Origin: Candidatus Cloacimonadota bacterium
GTDB taxonomy: Bacteria > Cloacimonadota > Cloacimonadia > JGIOTU-2
Assembly (NCBI GenBank): GCA_049903315.1
Contig: JBNGBT010000002.1
Coordinates: forward strand, 64,001-128,000
DNA: 64,000 nucleotides
Direction of reading: 5' to 3'
Part shown: positions 57,156 to 64,000 of the stretch, piece after piece
Layout: each line of letters opens with the position of its first letter
How positions within the stretch are numbered: position 1 is the stretch's first letter
Program-made: the position numbers and the translations under genes
The notes under the pieces: generated by a model
Databases searched by the model: none
What the model saw: the letters and a program-made list of their open reading frames with translations, nothing else
What the model was told of the DNA's origin: nothing

Positions 57156-58868
57156 TTAACCGATAGCTATATTTTCATCTGGATAATGATAATGGACACT
57201 TATTTTTTTCTCACTTAATGCGAACGCTATGGTCAAAGGACCAACACGTCCCAAATACATTAAAGCAATAATTGCAAGTTTACCAATGGATGTCAAGTGT
57301 GGAGTGATACCCATGGAGAGACCGACTGTGCCAAACGCAGAGAATGCTTCAAAAATTATCTGTTCGAAGTTGAATCCACGACTTGCTTCAGAAACGCATA
57401 AAACAAGAATGAGTGTGACCAGGATAGTACCTGAAATAGTGATAAGAGACATTACTTTTCGGGTATTTTCTGAAGATACTGAGCAGTGGAACACTTCCAC
57501 ATCTTGCCTACGACGGATGATTGACCACACTGAGAGAACGAGAATAGCAAAGCTCGTGGTTTTTATGCCACCACCAGTAGAACCCGGTGAAGCGCCAATA
57601 AACATAAATACGATCATTAAAATTACTGAAGCAAAGCCCATTTTTGAAATATCAAGTGTGTTAAATCCTGCTGTTCGCGTCGTCACAGATTGGAATGTTG
57701 ATGCCAGAATACTATTCTTCATCGGGAGTTGGTTCAATTGATTATTGTACTCAAATGCGAAGATCAAAATACTTCCAATCACGATCAAGGCAATAGTCGT
57801 AACAATGACAATTTTCGAGTGTAAAGATAAAAATCGGATGTGTCTTCGTTTGATCACATTGTTATACACGTCGAGCATAACCGTGAAACCGATTCCTCCA
57901 ACAATAATAAGAGACATGATAACAAGATTTACACTCCAGCTTCCCTGAAATCGCATAAAGCTATCTGAATACAAGCAGAATCCAGCATTACAAAAAGCGG
58001 AGACAGAGTGGAACATACAATGCCCGAGCAGACTAAAGTTTGAAAGTTGGGCAAAATAAGCAAGAGGCCGGAATTTCAGGAAAAGGACCATCGCTCCGAT
58101 CAATTCAAACATAAAAGTCGTAACTATGATCGCACGAAGCAGCTTAACCATACTGTCTTTTGATGCTTCTCCGAGAACTCCCTGCAACAGTGACTGCCCC
58201 TGCAGACTTATCTGTTTCCCGAAAAGCATTATGAGTGCTGTGGAAAAAGTCATGATACCAAGTCCGCCGATCTGCATCAATATCAGTATTATTGTATGTC
58301 CGAAAGGTGAAAAATCAGTGCCCGTATCGAGTACTATCAATCCGGTCACACAAGTTGCTGAAGTTGCAGTAAATCCTGCATTGATGGGTCCTATGCTTTC
58401 CCCATTAGATGAAGCAAGAGGTAAACTCAGGAAGGTTGTGCCCAGCAGGATTATCAGTCCAAAACTCAGTAAAATTACCTTTGAAGGATGATTTCTAAAA
58501 CGTGAAAACAGGTTCACAGCAGATTTTGTTGATGCAAGCATGTCAATGAGGATAATGATCTGACGCAGGACTATATACACCTGGAAAACAATAAGATCAT
58601 TATAAAAAATGAAAGAGATGATTACTGCACAAAGATCGAAGATGATCTTTTTTATGTACGTAATACTGCCGCGATTGTAGTAAATTTTAAATATATTAAG
58701 ACAGGCAAAGTAGAAAAGAAATAATTTTGTGAATTCGTTGAAAAGAGAAATATAGTTCGTGTAAAATTGCTGATAGACTACAAAGAAGCTAATCGCAATA
58801 GCAATAGGGAACATCAGCAGTTCAAAGAATCGCCAATATTCTTTCCTGAAATCTAATCGTTTAAGCAT
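57156..58868 (-). CDS. KtrB/TrkH-family potassium uptake membrane subunit with N-terminal extra TM region
   Basis: Four pore loops SATCVTGL, SAFCNAGF, TRTAGF, SAFGTVGLS; ASPGSTGGGIK. Confidence 0.93.
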   Translation of the reverse strand: MLKRLDFRKEYWRFFELLMFPIAIAISFFVVYQQFYTNYISLFNEFTKLFLFYFACLNIFKIYYNRGSITYIKKIIFDLCAVIISFIFYNDLIVFQVYIVLRQIIILIDMLASTKSAVNLFSRFRNHPSKVILLSFGLIILLGTTFLSLPLASSNGESIGPINAGFTATSATCVTGLIVLDTGTDFSPFGHTIILILMQIGGLGIMTFSTALIMLFGKQISLQGQSLLQGVLGEASKDSMVKLLRAIIVTTFMFELIGAMVLFLKFRPLAYFAQLSNFSLLGHCMFHSVSAFCNAGFCLYSDSFMRFQGSWSVNLVIMSLIIVGGIGFTVMLDVYNNVIKRRHIRFLSLHSKIVIVTTIALIVIGSILIFAFEYNNQLNQLPMKNSILASTFQSVTTRTAGFNTLDISKMGFASVILMIVFMFIGASPGSTGGGIKTTSFAILVLSVWSIIRRRQDVEVFHCSVSSENTRKVMSLITISGTILVTLILVLCVSEASRGFNFEQIIFEAFSAFGTVGLSMGITPHLTSIGKLAIIALMYLGRVGPLTIAFALSEKKISVHYHYPDENIAIG

Positions 58869-58982
58869 AATTTTTCAGAAAGCTTTGAGCTATGAAAAGA
58901 ACATGAATCTTTTGAATTCGAAGTGAATAAATATTAAGAAAAATAGAAATGATACTGTGCGCTTATATTGCTGTACCTCTTT

Positions 58983-59366
58983 TTATTCGCTTGTAGTGTT
59001 TTCAACTTTATTCTTTGGTGCCGGTTTATTCCCTCGCTTGACCTTTGTACTTTTACTTCGGAGTTTTCTCAGATAGAAAAGCTTTGAACGACGGACGCGT
59101 CCATAGCGTACTACTTCGATTTGTTGGATCAATGGTGAGAAAAGAGGGAAAATACGCTCTACTGCAACACCATGGCTTATTTTTCGAACGGTAAATGTTT
59201 TATTGACTCCAGAACCCTTTTTCTGGATCACTATACCCTGAAATACTTGAATACGAGGTTTTTCAAACTCTCGGATCGTGTAGTGTACTTTTATGGTGTC
59301 ACCGGTATTAAAATCCGGTAATTCCACGTTCATCTGATCTTGACCAACTCTATATAAAATATCCAT
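58983..59366 (-). CDS. rplS: 50S ribosomal protein L19
   Basis: F..GDTIKVH, RIQVFQG, FTVRKIS.GV.VERIFP, GRVRRSKLFYLR. Confidence 0.97.
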   Translation of the reverse strand: MDILYRVGQDQMNVELPDFNTGDTIKVHYTIREFEKPRIQVFQGIVIQKKGSGVNKTFTVRKISHGVAVERIFPLFSPLIQQIEVVRYGRVRRSKLFYLRKLRSKSTKVKRGNKPAPKNKVENTTSE

Positions 59367-59424
59367 AAAAACCTCATTATTACTTATTTATTTATTGATT
59401 CTGGTTTTATTTAGATTAGTGCCT

Positions 59425-59988
59425 TTATTCGTAATCGCCGATTAACCTGTCAAGTGTTATAGCAATTGCACTACGCACAGAAAGATGATTGTATGGACAG
59501 GTTCCTTCTATTCTTAAAACATGGAAATTACTCGTGTTGATAAGCTCTTCAGACATGCCGTATCCAGTTCCAAAAAGAATGAGTTTTGGAAATGATCTGT
59601 TTATTATTTTTCTCATTTCTTTATAGGAAACACTTCCCGGCACTAACCTGGCAGAAGTAGTAATAAGAATAGGATCCTGGGAGTATCTATCCTTGATCCA
59701 TTTTTTTGCACTTGCAATATCAGGCACAAACTCGATGAGTTTGAAAGCATCAAAACGGTTTATATTGTATTGTTTACCCGGTCCTGTTCGCCAGAAATCT
59801 TTTAATCGATTGAAAATATCTCTTTGTGCATTTTCGGGATTAATTATAAAATAATTTCTTATACCATACGTTTTACAGGTTCGCGCAATATCATGTATAT
59901 CAAGGTTGGTGAGAGAAGTCGTAACAATCTCTTTATTTTTGTTATAAACCGGGTGATGAACCAGTCCAAGAAATAGATTATCATACAT
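59425..59988 (-). CDS. SPOUT-class RNA methyltransferase (Tm1570-like)
   Basis: LVHHPVYNK...TNLDIHDIAR..TYG, TSAR, LFGTGYG, YNHLSVRSA.AI.LDRL. Confidence 0.85.
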   Translation of the reverse strand: MYDNLFLGLVHHPVYNKNKEIVTTSLTNLDIHDIARTCKTYGIRNYFIINPENAQRDIFNRLKDFWRTGPGKQYNINRFDAFKLIEFVPDIASAKKWIKDRYSQDPILITTSARLVPGSVSYKEMRKIINRSFPKLILFGTGYGMSEELINTSNFHVLRIEGTCPYNHLSVRSAIAITLDRLIGDYE

Positions 59989-60673
59989 CAGAAGCTCCTT
60001 TCACCTTTTCTGAAAGTTTTTTCCGTTTACTTTTTTGCCATTCTTCAATCATTTTATGATTACCGGAAAGCAATACATCCGGCACCTTATAACCTCTATA
60101 TTCGCGTGGTCGAGTATAATAAGGACCATCCAATGTGTTGCCCTGAAATGAATCACTATAAGCGGATTCAATATTGGTAAGCACACCTTCCTGCAGACGA
60201 GCAAGAGAATCAATGATTATCATTGCAGGAAGTTCTCCACCGGACAACACATAATTTCCTATTGAGATCTCCCGAGTGACAAGATGCTCTCGAACACGAT
60301 AGTCAACATCTTTGTAATGTCCGCATAAAATTGCAAGATATTTTTTTTCACAAAGTTCTTCAGCGATTTTTTGAGTGTATGTTTCTCCCTGTGGAGTTAA
60401 ATATATAAGTGGAAAATCCTCACTTCCAAGCAGATCTTTTCTTTGTTCTTTCAGGAAATCAACTGCTTCAAAAAGAGGTTCCGGTTTGATGACCATACCA
60501 GGAGCTCCTCCGAAGGGGTAATCATCAACTTGTTTATGTTTATCCTGGGAGAATTCCCGAAAATCAATAAAATCAATTGTAAGTTTTTTTCTTTCGATCG
60601 CCCTTTTAACTATGCTGTGTGCGAGAGGGCTTTCAAACATCTCGGGGAAAAGTGTGAGAATATCAATATGCAT
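59981..60673 (-). CDS. trmD: tRNA (guanine37-N1)-methyltransferase
   Basis: LTLFPEMF, VDDYPFGG.PGM, LTPQG, SIGNYVLSGGEL, YTRP, VLLSGNH. Confidence 0.97.
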   Translation of the reverse strand: MHIDILTLFPEMFESPLAHSIVKRAIERKKLTIDFIDFREFSQDKHKQVDDYPFGGAPGMVIKPEPLFEAVDFLKEQRKDLLGSEDFPLIYLTPQGETYTQKIAEELCEKKYLAILCGHYKDVDYRVREHLVTREISIGNYVLSGGELPAMIIIDSLARLQEGVLTNIESAYSDSFQGNTLDGPYYTRPREYRGYKVPDVLLSGNHKMIEEWQKSKRKKLSEKVKGASDV

Positions 60674-61184
60674 TGAGCAAACCTTTAATCGGATTTATTA
60701 TGATTTTTTTATTCTCATTATCCACTTGCTCTATAAAGGCATCACAAAAAGGTATCATTATTTCTTTATCCTCTTTTGGGATGATCAGGATTTCCTGGCC
60801 TGCGGTGGATAGAATATCAGAAACGATACCGATAAATTCACCTGCTTTTGTATGCACTTCATAATCTAGAAAATGAATCGGATAAAACTCGTCTTCTTCC
60901 AGCGGAGGAAGCATGTCTTCAGCGATCATAATATGAGCGTTGATCATTTGTTGAGCTTCTTGTTTTGAATTAATATTCTTAAATTTGATAAGATATTTTT
61001 TATTCTTCAGTTCAATTGTGTCAATTGTTTCGAAGCGTACAGTTTCATCAGAGAAGACGATAAAAAATTCAGGAATAGTAAGATAATGCTCTGGAAAAGA
61101 AGTATCGGGAAGAGCAGAAATAATTCCGCCATTCCCGACGACTTTCTTAATAACCCCGATGGAAATTAAATCACTAATTTCCAT
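60663..61184 (-). CDS. rimM: 16S rRNA processing protein RimM
   Basis: Position between KH gene and trmD; LEEDEFY, PRC barrel 'MIPF...VD'. Confidence 0.88.
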   Translation of the reverse strand: MEISDLISIGVIKKVVGNGGIISALPDTSFPEHYLTIPEFFIVFSDETVRFETIDTIELKNKKYLIKFKNINSKQEAQQMINAHIMIAEDMLPPLEEDEFYPIHFLDYEVHTKAGEFIGIVSDILSTAGQEILIIPKEDKEIMIPFCDAFIEQVDNENKKIIINPIKGLLNAY

Positions 61185-61194
61185 TCATAAATTG

Positions 61195-61425
61195 TTATTC
61201 AATGATTTCTAATTCTGCTCTTTTACCATGTTTGGTTGAGACAGAATTAAGAATTGTACGTATCGAATTAGCAGTTCTTCCGCCTTTGCCGATTACTTTG
61301 CCAACCTCACCAGCGCCAACTCTCAATTCATAAAGAGTCACACGTTCGCCGGATACTTCTTTAACTACAACTTCATCTGGGTTATCAACTAATGCTTTCG
61401 CAATGAATTCCACTAACTCTTTCAT
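61195..61425 (-). CDS. khpA: KH-domain RNA-binding protein (KhpA/YlqC-like)
   Basis: [28 protein letters not shown]. Confidence 0.9.
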   Translation of the reverse strand: MKELVEFIAKALVDNPDEVVVKEVSGERVTLYELRVGAGEVGKVIGKGGRTANSIRTILNSVSTKHGKRAELEIIE

Positions 61426-61446
61426 TGGTCGCCTCCTGCGGTGATC

Positions 61447-61797
61447 TTATTTTGCTGAGTCTTCAGCTTTCATATCTATTTCATCATTGGCTACGTCAGA
61501 TTTTTCTGATACAACCTCAGATATTGCTTTGCCATATTTTGCTTCATGAAACTTTTTTAAGATGCCCTCTTTTTTGAAAAGGCTTTTCACTGTATCTGAA
61601 GGGATTGCACCTTGCTCAAGCCAATACAGAGCTCGTTCATGATCAATTTTATATTCAAATTCTTCCGGTTTAGGATCATAAAATCCAATTTTTTCGATGA
61701 ATGCACCATCTCTTTTCTTGCGGGAGTCAACAACAACCACTCTGTAGGAAGGCTGATTTCGAGCACCCATTCTTCTAAGTCTTATCTTTACTGACAA
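61447..61797 (-). CDS. rpsP: 30S ribosomal protein S16
   Basis: [31 protein letters not shown] start with GGAGG SD. Confidence 0.97.
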   Translation of the reverse strand: MSVKIRLRRMGARNQPSYRVVVVDSRKKRDGAFIEKIGFYDPKPEEFEYKIDHERALYWLEQGAIPSDTVKSLFKKEGILKKFHEAKYGKAISEVVSEKSDVANDEIDMKAEDSAK

Positions 61798-61954
61798 TAA
61801 AACCTCCAGCGTTTAATGAGTAAACAACTTTATATTAGAAAATTACAGTCAAGTTTTTTAACGAACACTGTAAGTTCTATTTTTGATTATTTTAGAAAAC
61901 TTGTAATAATTCAGAATTTTCCAAAAAGTATGTCAAAACAGAAAGGATGTTTAA

Positions 61955-62401
61955 ATGCGGTCAATAAAAATTGAACCGATCGGAATAATTCATAGTTCAT
62001 ATAAAAATATAGAGGATATTCCCGGCCAGGGATATAAGAGAGAAAATATTGAAGCAATCATTGAAATTGATGAAAAATACAGATCGGGAATGAAGGATGT
62101 TGAGGGGTTTTCACACTTGATAGTGCTTTTCTATTTTCACAAAAGTATGAAAACTCATATGAGGGGACATCCATCTTGGGAAGATACGGAACATGGTGTA
62201 TTTGCAATCCGCAGTCCGCATCGCCCCAATCATATTGGTATGACTTTGATAAAAGTGAGGGAAGTTCGTGATAACAAAATTGTCTTTACAAATGTTGATA
62301 TGCTGGACGAGACACCAGTAATAGATATCAAGCCATATGTTGGGGAGTTTGATAGAATATCCGACCCAAAATTTGGTTGGTTGGAGAAGCATAAGGGCTA
62401 A
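61955..62401 (+). CDS. tsaA: tRNA (N6-threonylcarbamoyladenosine37-N6)-methyltransferase TsaA/TrmO
   Basis: PIGIIHS, GFSHL, GVFAIRSPHRPNHIG, DMLDETPVIDIKPY. Confidence 0.9.
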   Translation: MRSIKIEPIGIIHSSYKNIEDIPGQGYKRENIEAIIEIDEKYRSGMKDVEGFSHLIVLFYFHKSMKTHMRGHPSWEDTEHGVFAIRSPHRPNHIGMTLIKVREVRDNKIVFTNVDMLDETPVIDIKPYVGEFDRISDPKFGWLEKHKG

Positions 62402-62634
62402 TTCAATATATCGAACGAACGAAATAAACAATCATTATATCTTAATATCTTAAAGCATGAAAATCTTCTATATGTATAAATAAATTATTGACATACCATA
62501 ATGGCACAATGATGAAATTGCACTCAATAAATTATAGCTTCTAAATATTTTCATCGTTGTTAATAACTTCAGATTAAGAAGTTGATGAACTTAGTTCGCA
62601 AATTGGATATTTCATACAAAAGGAGAAAAAGATA

Positions 62635-64000
62635 ATGAAAGTTCGTTTGAAAATATTATTCATTCTTACTTGTTTATTAATAGCGGTTTTAGTTTTGAAT
62701 ACAAATCTATTAGCCCAGAATTATTGCCTTAATTTTGATGGTAATGATTACGCAACATTAGGTTCTGGTCTTTGTGACTCATTCACCGATGGCACAGAGA
62801 TCACGATTGAATTTTGGTTCAGGGGAACAACGATTAATTCGGCAGTGCGTTTACAAAACGGAAATAGCCCTTATATAATTGCCGGTTGGAGTTATAGCGG
62901 AAATATCGCATTTTCCGTTAGTAACGATGGTCATGTTGTCATCGCAACACCTTCTGCGTTGCAAGATGGTAACTGGCATCATATCGCCTGTACATGGAAG
63001 GCAAATACTGCTGATGGGATGAAAACCTATGTTGATGGCATATTTCAAAATCAAAGAACCACAACAGCAGCAGGATTGCCAGATGTAAATAGTGGTGGTT
63101 ATCTGGGTTGCTATGCTGGTAGCAGTGAATACATAAATGGCAAGCTGGATGAAGTGCGGATCTGGAATGTGGTGCGCAGCCAAACTGACATACAGCAAAA
63201 TATGGGAGAAAGCTTAACCGGAGGCGAAAGCGGTCTTGTGGCATATTACAAAATGAATCAATCCTCAGGAACAAACATAGACGATGCCACTAGCAATGAA
63301 TACGATGCTACTTTTGGCACCTACCCAGAGTACGCTCCAGACTGGAGTCCACTCGATTTTTCAGGAGGTTACGGATCAGCGGATGCACCCTGGCAGATTG
63401 CAAATCTAACTGATCTTAGTACGCTGTCTGACGGTTCATCTTATTGGGATGAATGCTTTTTGCAAACCGCAGATATCGATGCTTCAAGCACTTCAACGTG
63501 GAACAGCGGGGCTGGTTGGTCACCTATTGGAACCGGCTGGGATAATGCTTTTTTCGGGACATACGATGGTGGTAATTACACAATCAGCGGTATTACGATT
63601 GAAAGAAATGCAGGTAATCAAGGTCTATTTGGCATTGTAAGAAATGCTAACATTAAAAATATGAATTTAACCGATGTTACTGTCAGTATTACTGGAACTA
63701 GTACAGAAGGTTCTAGTTACAATATCGGGGCTATGATCGGAAACAGTAATTCAAGTATTATAAATAATTGTTTTGTCAGCGGTACTGTAAAAGGTTTTAA
63801 GTATATTGGTGGTTTGGTCGGAAGAAATAACGCTGGAACAATTTCCAACTGCTCTTTTGAAGGAATAGTTACATATTATGCTCTTACTTCTGCAAGAGAA
63901 AATTTGGGCGGTTTGATTGGTTATAATGAAAATAACGCTCAGATAGAAGATTGTTACGCCGATATCACTGTGTCTGGGTACAACGGTTTTTACGCTGGTG
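62635..64000 (+). CDS. Secreted surface protein with LamG-like (concanavalin A) domain and GLUG-type repeats; 3' end outside the window
   Basis: Not in the ORF track because it has no stop in the window. Hand translation from ATG 62635 (AGGAG SD): signal peptide MKVRLKILFILTCLL..., LNFDG.DY, WHHIACTW, GKLDEVRIWN, GLVAYYKM, then FSGG.GS..PWQI, GTYDG.NYTISG, GLFG, IGGLVG.N. Confidence 0.82.
   Translation, partial: MKVRLKILFILTCLLIAVLVLNTNLLAQNYCLNFDGNDYATLGSGLCDSFTDGTEITIEFWFRGTTINSAVRLQNGNSPYIIAGWSYSGNIAFSVSNDGHVVIATPSALQDGNWHHIACTWKANTADGMKTYVDGIFQNQRTTTAAGLPDVNSGGYLGCYAGSSEYINGKLDEVRIWNVVRSQTDIQQNMGESLTGGESGLVAYYKMNQSSGTNIDDATSNEYDATFGTYPEYAPDWSPLDFSGGYGSADAPWQIANLTDLSTLSDGSSYWDECFLQTADIDASSTSTWNSGAGWSPIGTGWDNAFFGTYDGGNYTISGITIERNAGNQGLFGIVRNANIKNMNLTDVTVSITGTSTEGSSYNIGAMIGNSNSSIINNCFVSGTVKGFKYIGGLVGRNNAGTISNCSFEGIVTYYALTSARENLGGLIGYNENNAQIEDCYADITVSGYNGFYAG

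Noticed and set aside
62488..62523. Sigma54 or sigma70 promoter upstream of the LamG gene (TTGACA, TGGCAC)
   Set aside because: The spacing to a -10 or -12 element does not fit either consensus.
1..64000. CRISPR arrays, IS/transposases, prophage, rRNA or tRNA genes
   Set aside because: No regularly spaced repeats, transposase/integrase motifs or structural RNA signatures were seen, and intergenic space is minimal.

Overview
AT-rich bacterial chromosomal window in the standard genetic code. The secreted proteins with C-terminal 'YPNPF...WDG...SG(I/V)Y' sorting/FlgD-Ig-like domains and the envelope genes suggest an FCB-group, possibly Cloacimonadota-like, organism; this is inference only. Left end: a deacetylase-like lipoprotein (-), then a NifS-SelD fusion. 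Next come two 'ORFs' (3756-4034 and 4077-4793) that share one reading frame and are separated only by an in-frame TGA. That TGA sits in a C-F-G-U (CxxU) motif and is followed by a bacterial SECIS-like hairpin. Read through, it gives a 345-aa putative secreted selenoprotein with a signal peptide and a C-terminal sorting domain. This is the main finding. From 4995 to 51495 all genes are on the + strand: rimP-nusA-infB-rbfA-truB-ribF-ispDF-hutI, a Wzx/Wzy polysaccharide locus with wbpB/D/E-like genes, smpB, an ABC pair, yihY-like, rph, transketolase, a second glycan locus (radical SAM, GT9, deacetylase, GT4s, flippase, WecA-like), a PorZ-like propeller protein and recG. From 51536 to 61797 genes are on the - strand (in reading order): rpsP-KH-rimM-trmD-SPOUT-rplS, ktrB/ktrA-like, a HAMP-PAS protein, RluA, aminopeptidase P, coaD and an M16 peptidase. 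Right end: tsaA and a LamG/GLUG surface protein that runs off the window. No rRNA, tRNA, tmRNA, CRISPR array or transposase was recognised. All calls come from reading motifs by eye; no searches were run.
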